The translations under genes and the position numbers were made by a program. Under the pieces are notes generated by a model. The model saw only the letters and a list, made by a program, of their open reading frames with translations. It did no database searches and was not told the origin of the DNA. A stretch of 64,000 bases of DNA, from assembly GCA_002633005.1 (NCBI GenBank), contig NMRA01000675.1, positions 13,171 through 77,170 on the forward strand, written 5' to 3'. This DNA is from Phoronis australis. Taxonomy: Eukaryota; Animalia; Phoronida. Positions 40,507-52,629 of the stretch are shown here, in pieces (the first letter of the stretch is position 1; each line of letters opens with the position of its first letter).

Positions 40507-40810
40507 TATCTAGTTTTGTTGGCGTACGAGGAGAATAGACATTATTAAAATGGGGGTGTTCAAATTGACTGCGGAAATCATGCGTCCAAAGTCCCCAAAG
40601 GACTGGATAGTATCTCACTTCTAGGTGAATTGTTGGAATGGCATGTGCAAACGAAGAAATGCCCTCACAGTTACAAGTTGTGTTTTCCTTCGGTTACAAA
40701 AACAAGAGCATGGATGAGAACGCGTACACAGTGAACATACACGGCACACTTGTACACAAAGGTGTGTGACGAAGGCAAACGTGTCAAACTTAGATAACGA
40801 CAATATATTT
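40500..40810 (-). pseudogene. possible TIR relic
   Basis: FDTFAFV ... CNRRKTQLVTVRAFL resembles SRKTxxVxSxxFL; RYYPVL resembles IIPVL. Confidence 0.35.
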
Positions 40811-40930
40811 CAATTAGCCATTCACAATAGTTCATTCTAGAAGTCATGAAGCCTGTTCATGCTGGTGTTTTGAAATGATGCTTGGCCCAACAAAGATCGA
40901 TCAGTACGTGTACGTGTAGATATTTGNGGC

Positions 40931-41045
40931 TAATTGTTAAGCGCTGATGCCCGAAGGTTAATTGTTAAGCGCTGATGCCTGAAGGTTAATTGTTAAGCGC
41001 TGATGCCTGAAGGTTAATTGTTAAGCGCTGATGCCTGAAGGTTAA
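40931..41045. repeat. 28 bp minisatellite, 4 copies
   Basis: TAATTGTTAAGCGCTGATGCCTGAAGGT head-to-tail without spacers, next to an N. Confidence 0.95.
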
Positions 41046-41159
41046 CTCTGAAAGTAGTATGGGACATAAATCTCTATCACCAAAACTATTGTTAATTATG
41101 AGGTTAGTTTCTTGGTCACAGAGTTTTCAAAATATCTGTCCAGGTTTTTTGATATTGCT

Positions 41160-41389
41160 TTTAAATGTCAGAAAATTGATCTTACGATCCACAGCTATTT
41201 CAGAAAAATACCTACATCTCAGGAAAAAGTGCCGTCTCTGAGAATATAAACACAACTGCTCGTTCTTCTATAAATTATTGTGATGCACTCGTAATTACTG
41301 GCTAAACCTTTTTTCAACAATTGCTAAGTGGGAGCGTAAGACCAATTTTCTGTCCGAAGTCTTAAGTCACTTTCATGAAACACACCCAG
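41160..41389. mobile_element. Harbinger-like MITE (partial)
   Basis: Homologous to 49583-49851; shared end AAGTCACTTTCATGAAAC..ACCC. Confidence 0.55.
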
Positions 41390-41499
41390 ATTCCATCCGT
41401 AGTTCCATTCAAGTTTAACTGCTGTCATTCAATAGGTTTAAGTGGTAGCTGGATTTTTTGAGACGAGCAATGCCATCATACCCGTTCATCGATTCTAAT

Positions 41500-41870
41500 C
41501 CATAAGTAAGCAGAGTGTATATTGGCGTAGGAATTGTGCGAAGAAAAGATTGACTATTCGCTCCGGAGATGGTACGAGCAATCCGCGCCATTTCAGTCTG
41601 TTACCCATGCATTTGGATCTGAGTTGTAATTTGCTGAGGTCATTGGGCTGCAAAATCCTTCACAAGGCACCTGTTCAGTACAGTTGTTTGTTTGCAAAAC
41701 AAATCCGTCTATCATCTGCATGTATTTGTCGAAGCCAGGTACATCTTTCGCCATGCTTTCATGGTAAATGTTCTTCAGATGCGTCACTGGTAAAGATCGA
41801 GGAAGAAGCCAATCTCGAACCAGCGCCACCAGTGCGATTTAAGGTTATGTAGGAACCTTGAAAAATGTTC
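41500..41870 (-). pseudogene. TIR-domain relic
   Basis: VRDWLLPRSLPVTHLKNIYHESMAKDVPGFDKYMQMID matches WVxxxLLPxLE..LKxCxHxRDFxPG...I. Confidence 0.6.
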
Positions 41871-43109
41871 AAATTTGGCTTACTTCAGAATCGCCTGTTT
41901 GGATTCTCACAGTTATGAAAGTTTCAGATACTTTATGCTTTATCCGCTGTCCTGAAAAACCCTCTGAGGAAATACGTATATAAAATTTTTGCCATTTGCG
42001 TGAGGGGTTATCAAAAGATTTTCATGAAAAGTGAATGGAAGTAAAACGTGGCGGCGTTTTAAAAAAAAACTGCAACACTGTTCTTGAGAACTCTCTTAGG
42101 ACATTTTCATCAAGTTTAGTTATATTACTGATAGTGTTGTCTAGCTATCCATACACGTTTGTTTTTGTTAAATTTTACTGAAAAAATTCGGTCATGTGAA
42201 CCAATTAAACGTCAACAATCACATTTTACAGGCATCCTACTTTTTCTGAAAATATAATACTGTTACTGAGTTAAAATCTTGAGTTTCGTGGATACTTGAA
42301 TAAATAAGCTAACCCGTCAATCAGGTGTTAGATAGCCTTGCCAACTGCCTCCGAAGCTTCGGTCAGTGTTAACGCTTAACTTTTTATCGGAGTTAACAGC
42401 GCTAGTTAACTCCGAAGGTAAGAACCATTCAACGAGAAATTCAAAAGAAATAAAACGCTATACGGGTCATCTTTCAGATTCAGCTTAAACTTTTGTAAGT
42501 GATCGTGGTGTGGCTCTGATACAAAAATCACCAATTTTGCACTTATCACCTTTAAGTTCTTATCAATAGGCATTGAAAGGTTCACGAAGAAAACACGTTT
42601 TTGCGTAAAGAAGACAGAGCGATTTTCCAATATAAAAACACATAGATTGCATACAGTGAGAGAAAGCACATAATGGGATTAGGAAGTGGGATTATCAAAA
42701 AAAATGATACTATTAATATCGCTGCATTCATCACGTGACAGGGGGGGGGGGGTAAACCCGGAATCACTTTTTGTAGTGTTCGAACCAAAATTTATTTTCT
42801 CATTTTTAAGGAAAAAAGACTACATCACAGGCAAGGCATCAATGTCTGAAATGCAAAAATAAAAAAAAAATTGTCAATATTGCTTGGTGCATTCATAAGT
42901 TCGCTGTATATGTGACAAATTTTGACCCACTATTTTTATCGGGTAGTCCATCTTGCGATGTCAGGGTCACAGATTACGAGTGGTTAAACGTTATTTTCAG
43001 AAATATTCTAACGGTAAAATTTAGTGATAAATATCCTTACCTACAATCCAAGGGTTTACACCAGAATTTAATCACACATAAGTAATTTACTGAGGGGTAA
43101 ATGTACTCA

Positions 43110-44500
43110 CAATTCACTTTAGACAAAATGGCTTTTTTCCAAACTGAAAGGCATTTTCAACCGGCTACATTGTCATCGGTGACGAGTTAACTATAACATA
43201 CATTTGTAGACAAAGGCTACCAAAAAGCAGTTTTGTACAATTTACCGGTGTTCGTGCCATAACTATTATGAATCTTCTACTGATTTCAATGTGACTTGCC
43301 CATTCAATTGACCTTGCACTCTGCTAAAATAACTGTTGAAATTCCTTAGAAACCGTTTTTTGCTTGAAAAGCAGCTTTTGATCAATGTATGATTATGCGT
43401 CACAATAGGACACATATTTCTCTAAATATTAATATGCATAAATTGTGCTTTTGATTCATGTTTTTTAATTAGTTACTTTCTACTTCAAGGAAAATATGAA
43501 AATAATACTTGAAATGGGACACATTTGGATTGTGATGTGTGAGGCTTACTCGAATCCTTCTGCATCATAGCTTCTTATTTTTTATATAATCATGCTTGTC
43601 TAATTCTAGTTAAGAAGGAACGCTTTTATGGTACTCAGTCACCATGGTAACTATTGCGCATGCCTACTTTCATACTTAACGTGAGCTTGGTTCTGCCTGA
43701 GTTGCTGAAATTTTCCAAAGTACATTCTAAGTTACGTATTGTGACAAAAGGCTGTTAGGATCATTTTAAGTTGCGTGTTTTAATACGCAAATTGAAATTT
43801 TTACTGAGATCACTGTGCAATGCGTAAGCCTTAGCTACATTGAAATTTCAAAACCCGTGCTTCCAATATTTTTAAGAGATGTAATTCTAATCTCTCAGGG
43901 TTGTGTGACAAAAAGTGGCAAAATCAGATTGTTAAGTGCTAAAATTGTCACTGGTGTGTCAACACAGGTTAGACTCATTCGAAAACACGCATGAAAATCA
44001 TTAGCTTTTGGCCAATTTAGAAGTAAAAAATGGAAAACAAAAACTTCGCTAGAGCGTAGCATGTAAACGACATTTCGATATCAATCCAAAGTCATCCTCA
44101 GGTACAATTGTAGACAGAAATCAAAATATCGAAACAGAATATTAGATTATTATCGAAACGTCGTCCTCAAACAGACATGTGCCATCGTTTCCTCAATGGA
44201 AACGTTTTGGCTAAATTTCACCAAAGAAATCTAGTTATAGAAACTGCTATCAGGGCCAGCAGCAAATGAGCATAGAAACATATTTGGAAAATGATGAAGC
44301 CCCTTCATGAGGTTTGGATATAAAGCTGCATACTGCCCGTAGTCGTGCACTGTAAGGTACGCGATGAAGGGTCTTCTCTATCGGCTGCTGCTAGAAAACA
44401 AACAAAAATCCCACTTTTTGTTTTGCTCGTCAGACCCCACACTGATGAAAAATATCTTTTGAAATCGCCGGCATCCCGCAAGCTGGGCAACAGAGCACCT
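43110..44500 (-). pseudogene. TLR-like pseudogene (LRR - TM - TIR)
   Basis: LYPNLMKGF, RITSLKNIG and DLSKN (LRR-like); SSIIFIFSLK (TM end); KYVSYCDA and HIEISRRFIIVM (TIR); *PVENAFQF/WKK (TIR WP....FW end). Confidence 0.6.
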
Positions 44501-47500
44501 CAGAATTGGCTAAAAATCAAATACACACAAATTGGGCACTCCAGTGAAGGTTAACAAAAACCCCTTTGAAACTTCAAAGACAGTCTTCTGACAGAAAGGA
44601 TCAACGTCTACATGAAAGTTATAGAGTTATTTTCTCTCCCGTTTTAAAGTCGTTTTAAAGGAGCTTCTCTAAATGAACTTTTTGAACCAAAAACGGGATA
44701 TTATGGACCAAAATATTTATGATGCTATAACTTGAAAAAATAATGGAGCAAAAATTTCAAATATAAATTTTGAACATACCCCACCAGGATGTATGTACAG
44801 GCAATTTTTTCAAGGTTTGATTCAGTGACTTTAGAGCCGACCTTTTGATGCTCTCGTGGAATGAAAGTTAAGGGGTGGATTTAGCAGCAATGGTCGACGC
44901 TTCGGTATAATGAGGACATCTTAAGCAGGTGTCATTGCGTTTAACCATAGTACATTTAACTCCAGGAAGCCTAGAAAATCACTTCTGTCACTACTTTTGG
45001 GGCCAATATAATTTTTTGGTTTTAGTTTTATCAAATGATACATGTATACTTAAAGAATCTGAAAAGTGTCCAAGGTTTGGCTCGCACAGTTTCATGAAAT
45101 TTGACCTAAAAATTGACATTTTGCAAAATTTGTCACAGAAAACCATTATGTAAAAACTGCAATGGAATTTTCTGATAAGGCTGGGTTAACTTATTTTGTT
45201 AAATGTTTCAGCAAAAGTAAACGCCAAGAAAATTGAGCATCACCACCACCACCACCACTGTACAACTGTTATTAAACAACAGATGCTAAATTTTCACCAT
45301 CTTTAAAACCATAGTTCAACCGTTGACAGTAAGAAGAATGTTATTTTGGCAATAGTTTTTGCGTGACATTAAAAATGTTTACCTAGCATAGAAGTTTATT
45401 CCTATGCGTCCTGTTTTAGAGGGTAGTACATGTAAATGAAAGAATTCCAACCTACGCTAACATTTCTCCAGTTCGGGAGCGTCTTCAAAATTTGGGACAC
45501 CAAACTTTAGTCAAATTGATTGTGAAATTTGCCTTTTAATATGTCTCAAATTCTAAATACTTCATTTTTCATAACATGGCCTGAAAAAAGACTTTACAGT
45601 TCATAAAAAGCAGCAGTGATTACTTACACGTTAGTAAAAACTGCCCCGAGTTTAAGACAGCCACTTATGTGCAACTTTCTAAAAAATTAAGAACGAGCTC
45701 GCACCTCAAGCAAAAAATGTCCAAAACACGAGGTTTTTAACCGTAATTATTTTTTCTTCTACGGTACTTATCAGTAAATATTTGATAGTTGGAAAGGTGT
45801 CATAATTCCTTTTCTTTGTGTGATTGTCTGTAAATTCTAACCCACATCGTTTTCTGATGCATTCTGGAAGCCACACAAGCCTCTTTCTTTGAGCACTCTT
45901 TAACGAAACTTATAACTTCGTTGGTTTTCTACTACAAGTACAAATTTTATCAATAACCTAATGATTCCTTGATCAGCTTGGTCTTTTTCCTTGTTTGAGA
46001 GGTCTTTCACTTATCGTGACTCATGTAAATTTCTGTAACCGACTCACCTATTGTGATACATTAGTTCTGTTTGTCACAAAAACTTAAATATTTTCATCAA
46101 TGAGGATTTCCTTGCACTCAAACTCGATCCACTAACGTTACAAAATCATTGGCTCATGAGTCAGGAGTCATATCTGTAAATTTCTGAAGCTCAGAATTGT
46201 GAGCAGAATCCTATCCCAATGTAGCAACGGGCAGAAAAATTCATCTCCTCAGCAGTGTTGGCACAAAACTCTTGTTTGTTTTAAGAGGCACAGAATGATT
46301 CAGGAAGCAGACATCTTAGAAAAGGCACGGACACAATCCTTCTCTGTCATTTCATTAGCTATTCTGATCATACTGCACTGTCACCTAGTGGCCAGCAAAC
46401 TATTTGAGGTTTGTTTTTTTCCCAGTTCGCCAACAGCGTGCGGTAACTGGTTCATACATGTTAATATTTTGTTTCAACATTTGTTATTTTGCCAGTATGG
46501 GGATTTTGTTTCAATTTGTCCACGTATTGCTGGATTCTTTCCTTAAAAAAGAAATAAAAATGGGAAAGGACCTTTAAACATTTCTCACCTCGTTCACAAG
46601 CGCGTAAATGCAAATGAAAATGTACCCTGTGCGATCTTTAAATTAAACAAGGATGTCTTAAGTTCTATTAACGAGAAATAGCTTAAATATTAAGTAAATG
46701 GAAACCAAAACTCGGTGGAAGACATCTCCACTCTTTGGACTGTGAGAGTAGCTTGACAGGGGGAATCAAGCACAATTCCACAAGCATCCATGTTCTTAGC
46801 AGTCCAAATCACAGTATGATGGCGCCCTGGGAATCCAAACTATCTTTTATTCACAATAATTGTTGCCTACATGTATACATAGTTTACATGCACGGCGTTA
46901 ACGTCTCGTGCCGCAATATTCACAGCACTTTCTTACTACTTGGGTTCAGTTTAAATTTTTATACCACAGTATCAGCCTCGAATTGCCAATACAACCGTTA
47001 AATAACCAATTTAATGGCGATAAATAACATTTCGGCGGGAAACTGAGGCCGGTTTCAAACCCGTTACGAAAGAGCTTCAGGTTGTCGACTTTACCACTGC
47101 ACCATATGCACTCAGTCGCTGGCGTCATTGAACGTGAAAACAGAATACTTAAATGAGCACTTAAATGTGTAGCAAACTAGACTAGATACCAAACCTTAAA
47201 TTATAGATTCACTTTACTTCTACTTTATTTAAATTTTCAATTGGTTTTGAGTAAAAACGTTATTTTGACAAAAATAACTCGGTCACGACCTCCAACCCCT
47301 CAGTGGCACCTGACAGAAAGTACCTACAAAACCGAGACGTGTCGATAAAGGTAGATCGATTCGTTGCAATGTTTTTCATTCAGTATATAGTATAAATAGA
47401 TTGTTGCAGGTTCTCAGTCGTTATCCCCGTGGACCTTGAAAAATTATCGCCCTCGGGGCTAACGTCCCTTAGGCGATAATTCTCCAAAATCCACTCGCGC

Positions 47501-48224
47501 TCTAGATTAAGGGGGGTACCGTTTTCGCCACGTAATAATCAGCCTGACATGGCCAATACAACCGTGAAATAACCCATTTAGCTATTCAACGGCGTTAAGG
47601 TACATTTTGGCGAGTAAACGGGGTCGGTTTCGAACCCGCTCAGCAAGACTTGCTAGTAGTCGACTACACCGCGGGGCCAATCAGCATCTGACGTCATCGA
47701 ACGTGAAAATAGAATACTCAAATGAGTATGCGCAATAATCGCATGTCCATCAAACCACATTGCACAGAAATACATATAAATATACGATATGAAAAACAAA
47801 ACGCACAATTTCAATAAAAACGACTGCTCTTCTTTAATTCAGTGGAAATTTAACACTTTATCAAGTAAATAACATCTGAAGTAAGTAACAAGGTTAGATA
47901 TTTGAAAAATGCGAAAGAAATAAATTTAAATGTCTAAAACAAGAAATAGGTCATATCAGTTCAAACTACTGTATTAGCAGCTATTATTAGCAACATCTAG
48001 TCGACATCTTCCTCGTGTTTTCTCTTCGGTGCTCTGTCTTGATGCATGGTTATGTTGAACGTGCCACCGGTGATTGTTGCGTTTCAGTCCAAATACAGAC
48101 GACAAGCCTGGTGAGGCGAAGGAGGTGCGGGATATTGAGATGTTACTGGGGAATGATGCAGGCTCGGACAGTGTAAGTATGGAGCATAAACACCTTTGCT
48201 CAGTAGGCAATGTCTGTAGTGTGG

Positions 48225-48420
48225 TAGTTTGTGTCCTGACAGCTGCATAACTGTGGTTGGGTTAACTCTGGACTTGAGTAATGTGGAGCACGTTGTCTTC
48301 CTCACGCTGTGGTATGTTTTACGGCCCGGTATTCCTACTGCCTCGCATATCGGCGAAACCATTTTGGCTAGAGTATTTACACTAACCGGTTGTACCGAGA
48401 ACCAAAGCCCCCAATTCATC
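48225..48420 (-). pseudogene. Crypton/DUF3504-type tyrosine recombinase C-terminal fragment
   Basis: WFSVQPVSVNTLAKMVSPICEAVGIPGRKTYHSVRKTTCSTLLKSRVNPTTVMQLSGHK, with the HxxR and GH catalytic motifs. Confidence 0.85.
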
Positions 48421-48853
48421 ATATCATAAGTCATAGAGAACAAATTCGCAACTCTGACATTTTCTTCCGTACTATCCTATAGAGGAGGCGCCACTCTCCT
48501 AAATTATCTGGTTCATTTTCCGCTTAGTATATTGTGACGAGAAATTCTTTCATCTATTTTACTGTCCAGTACGACGAAAAAAAATCTCTAGTTAGTTTAA
48601 GATTTTAATTGGTTTTGAGTAAAACATTGTTTTAACACGAAATGACTCGGCGTTTCTTAAAAGGTCATGACATTCGTCACCAAGCCTCTGACTTGGAAAG
48701 TACAGTAGCTCTTAAGCCGAGGCGAGTCGAGAAAAGCAGGTCCATTCATCGCAATTTTTATCCTTCAGTATGTGGTATGAGTAGATTATTACATGTTCTC
48801 AGTTGTTATCTAAAGCCCTTGCGGAATCTTTGATATCAACATTATTGCACTAA

Positions 48854-49036
48854 CCAGGCGTGCGTTCAGTAGACGCTAGGACCTACGCTAGGACCTACGC
48901 TAGGACCTACGCTAGGACCTAGCTAAAACCTAGTCAAAGTCACGTCCTCTCATTTAAAATGCACGGCTACATGTCACGTAATCTCGCGAAGTCTTGCTTT
49001 TTAGCGAGGTAATAGCGTTACTGAACGGGAGGCAGG
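48854..49036. mobile_element. small TIR-bounded element inserted in the Crypton hairpin, with 12 bp repeat x4
   Basis: CGTTCAGTAGACGCTA .. TAGCGTTACTGAACG inverted ends; (ACGCTAGGACCT)4 at ~48872-48920. Confidence 0.6.
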
Positions 49037-49582
49037 TAACCTTCTGTACTTTATCAGACGATATTTTCACGGTAGACCGTGACGCCCTCGGGCGATATTT
49101 CTCCAAAATGCTCTCGGGCTCTAGATTACAGGGGATAACGACGTCGTAAAGCAATAATCTATATTCATTTGCAGTTACGTAAAATCTAACAATTCAATTA
49201 ACATTAACGAATAAAAAGATTACAATTTTATTTTGGTAGAGCTAATCAAAGAGAGTACTGAGTAAATCGTTGGTTGAAAAGAACGATGACATTCGAAAAA
49301 TACTTTGGTCTAAGAGTGTGTTTTTTAGTTTAGTTACAATACAAGATTGGCTTTAAATGCCCGCGCTCTTTGTGTGTTATCTAGCCCCAGTGCTGCCTTT
49401 GGTTTTAATAATATTAAACACCACATAAACCTAGCATTGGATTTACTTCTGTTCTGTGTTGCATAAGACTTGTAAACTTATCCACTATACAAATTAGCTG
49501 TTGCACGACTTTGAATACATTGTTGAAACAATATTAATGCGACGTCGTCATTGCTATCGATCATAACATGCAATCTGGCCCA

Positions 49583-49851
49583 GTGGTTTGTTTCGTGAAA
49601 CGTCAGAAATTTGGCATTACCATGCAGAAAACTATTTCTGAAGAATAAGTAAATCTCATTTGAACAAAAGCGTAAACTCTATGATTATATGCACATGAGT
49701 GGTAAGTCGTACAATACTTTAATCTCTGGATTATTTCTCGTGCAAGATGCGCTCATAATTACCTAGCTAAACCTTTTTCTTTAATGTAAAGAGGGATCGT
49801 GAGACCAGATTTCTGTCTTAAGTCATAAGTCACTTTCATGAAACCAACCCG
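49583..49851. mobile_element. Harbinger-like MITE
   Basis: Inverted ends GGTTTGTTTCGTGAAA / TTTCATGAAACCAACCC. Confidence 0.6.
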
Positions 49852-49919
49852 TGATGAACATGTTGCTTTAACACCTCCAATAATTCTTCGCAGACGTGTT
49901 AAGATTTCATAAGGCTTAC

Positions 49920-50087
49920 CTAGACAAAACTGAGTTGAGCAACCCTCAGTCGAATTTCCAGCACAATCCTTGCCATTGCCCACAGGTGCTGGCCTGGTGC
50001 AGGTTCTTGTCTTATACTTCTCACCGTTGCCGCAAATTACACGGCATTTCAGTTCTTCCGAGCTCCATTCACTCCAATGCCCATTCA
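49920..50087 (-). CDS. exon encoding a thrombospondin type-1 (TSP1) repeat
   Basis: TTTCAG acceptor, GTAAG donor, 168 nt, phase 1-1; NGHWSEWS..CRVICGNGEKYKTRTCTRPAPVGNGKDCAG...EGC...C. Confidence 0.9.
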
Positions 50088-50149
50088 CTGAAATAGTAAG
50101 ACATGAGGTCGTGTAGGTTTTAAGGGTATACTATCTGTTTGATGGCCGA

Positions 50150-50420
50150 AAAAACGTTTTGAATAATCAGCTTTGACCAGGTCTGTGAAGCAACAAAGGA
50201 AGATGTCTTTTGTGAGTTTATTGCAAATTGCTAATTCTCGCCGTTGTCTGCCAGAATTTACAGTTGTAGCTCAAATCGAGGCGGTGACTATGAAGTGCTC
50301 CCATCTGCCTGCACCTTCTCATAGTACATACCACTTGCATCATGTTTACCCTTGGGCTGCCTTTGTACAAAACTATTGATCTGTCCCAAATATTCGTCAA
50401 GCTTGCTGGTTCAGTAGACA
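50150..50420 (-). pseudogene. possible TIR relic
   Basis: KHDASGMY resembles KYDAFVxY; FAINSQKTSSFVASQTWSK resembles AIxxSRKT..VxS..F.SxW. Confidence 0.4.
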
Positions 50421-50609
50421 CAATAGATACATGTAGCCTCCAAACACATGAGGGTTGGCAAGAGTAGTAGGGTGCTCATGATTTTCTTTCAATTATTCTA
50501 TTAAAATATTTTTCATTTATTTTGTTAGTACATAAAATTCCTTTTAACGACAATGAAATATTTTGATCAGGACTATCATACATGTCTTGCGTGTGGTACA
50601 AAGCATTTT

Positions 50610-52520
50610 TCAATACAAAAGTATATTCAATTTCTTGTACTCACCGGACACAGAGTAGACATAAATGCGAGGAGGGTTCTTTAACGTCATGGTTTTATGT
50701 AGTTTTCTTCCAAAGTCGTCCTCAAAGCTCAGAACGGCACTGCATTGCATGTGCCCCTTGAAACCGCTATGCTCATTGATCTGAACTGAGAAAGCGAACT
50801 TTTGGGTTTTCTCCAGCTCAGTGTTACCAGCGATCTCGAACATGTGTTTCTGAACGAAGACCTCGTCGTGTTTGAAATGACTCAATTTCTTAGAAACAGA
50901 TTTCTTCATCCTAAATGTATAAGTAAATTATTTTTGAAAATTTAAAAAATACAAAACTAACAGGCAGCAAAGTTGGGGTCTTTTATACTACGCGACTTCG
51001 TGAAAAGACAAGTCACTAACCTAAGAATGTTTTTAATGAGTGTTAGATATTTAGAGAGTATCTAGTCGTTTAGTCATTTAGAGGGTATCTAGTCGTTTAG
51101 ACATTTAGAGAGTATCTAGTCGTTTAGACATTTAGAAAGTATCTAGTCGTTTAGACATTCAGAGAGTATCTAGTCGTTTAGACATTTAGAGAGTATCAAG
51201 TCGTTTAGACTTTGTGTCTATGCTGCTCATCATTCGTTACAATTCAAAATTTAGCTTAAAGTTGCTCGTTTTCTGTGGCGCAGTTCTTTACACCTTGTAG
51301 CCTACCTGACCACTCAAGCACGCCCATTGCAGTGATCACCTGGTACAATTTAATGCTTCATTAATAAATAATGGTATGATATTCTACATCCGTTAAGTTA
51401 TTTCCCACTGCCAAAACTTGATTGCTTAAATCTACAATTCATATAACTTACACGCATGACAAGATGAGTGTAGCCGGATTTGGAAGTTTGTTGTTGACAG
51501 AGAAAGAAATGTCTGCCTTAAAGGTATTGACGCCTTCATAATAAAGCAATGGCCCTTCCGTTCCATGCCCGTCGTAAATAGCACTGGCTTCCAGGCTCGG
51601 TGACGTACCCGCTGAATCGCCCAGCGAGAAGCTCTACAAGTACATCTCTCTCACTGTACTCTGACTGTACTAGAAGTTAGTGTTTCAACAAGGTTATTGT
51701 AAATGCACATTTAATCGCAGCTTTTCAAAGATTTTTTTTCAAATCGGAGTGCTCGTTTTCTTAGAATCTTAAGTGCAAGTACCAAGTGGCATAAACCAAG
51801 CTCCTCGTAACAATTCCGCCTTAAGGTGTCCGTAAAGACCAAGTGAACGTGTATTTTTCTTGTCTTCATTATCATTTTACGATCAAATGTAATTTCCAAT
51901 CAAATGTGCAGCCCTTATTTTATTTTAACAGTGCAAGATAAGGAATTGCATAACTTCCGAATAATTAGTAGCATGAAGTGAGCTTTTTTGCATCTTCATT
52001 TCTCAATTCTAGATCAAAATATGGAAAAACAAAACGCCCTTCCCTTTCATTCCATTTATCAACTTCACAAAATAAATTTAGTCACGTTTCCCTACATGAA
52101 AACTAATGCAGTATGGCATTGAGATTCTCTAACGGTTTTACAAACAACGCGCATACACAAATGGTTAATTCGCGAAAAGTTCATGATTTTATGAGTTTTT
52201 ATAAAGTTGATGGAATGATCTGATTAAAAACACTGACTGGAAAGAGCATTCTTTCAATATGTGCATCTTTTACAAATATCTATTCTTATACGAGAAATTC
52301 CATTGAGAACGCTTGTATAATAGCCTAGTTTAATACGTACCAAAATGATCAAACTCATCATAAACTTCATCTCTCCGTTGCTTAATGTGTTATTGTGCAG
52401 TGCGTGAACTGTAAAAACGACTGGTTTGCCGTAGACACCGATCAGCCTTTTATAGCCAACGATTGCACTGTGTTAACCAACACCTGCCGAGTAACATTCT
52501 CATGGTCATGCCTTTTGGCT
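50610..52520 (-). pseudogene. TLR-like pseudogene (LRR - TM - TIR)
   Basis: FLQFTHCTIT/LSNGEMKFMMSLIIL, KLPNPATLILSC and VGNNLTDV (LRR-like); LLPVSFVFFKFSKIIYLY (TM end); SHFKHDEVFVQKHM..FAFSVQINE..CSAVLSFEDDF (TIR-like). Confidence 0.45.
51044..51210. repeat. 27 bp minisatellite, ~6 copies
   Basis: TTAGACATTTAGAGAGTATCTAGTCGT head-to-tail. Confidence 0.95.
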
Positions 52521-52629
52521 GCGACAATTAATAATTTCTGTTTCCCTATGATGTATATTGAAAATGTATTGGGCAGGGAGCACATTGTAATGCTCATAAA
52601 ACATCAATAAAATATTAAATCATAGGTAC

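Larger units (their letters stand above)
46959..49164 (-). mobile_element. Crypton-like tyrosine-recombinase element remnants (two adjacent copies)
   Basis: 46959-47540 and 47541-49164 both align to 6681-7535 (TTATACCAC start, AATAATCTATAT end, tRNA-like head, hairpin). The second copy encloses a YR fragment. Confidence 0.75.

Noticed and set aside
41560-41857. MAM-domain exon (GSYITL..SRLAS)
   Set aside because: That frame stops early; the open frame matches TIR (WLLPRSL..H..VPG).
43111-43143. 33 nt micro-exon with AG/GTGAG
   Set aside because: It coincides with the WP....FW end of the upstream TIR relic; the splice-like sites may be chance.
40931-51210. 27-28 bp and 12 bp repeats as CRISPR arrays
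   Set aside because: They are head-to-tail with no spacers, there are no cas genes, and the context is eukaryotic.
51306-52520. CUB-domain exons (SFSLGD..IYDG..PLL)
   Set aside because: The apparent exons need frameshifts and their phases do not join; LRR-like motifs continue through the supposed introns.
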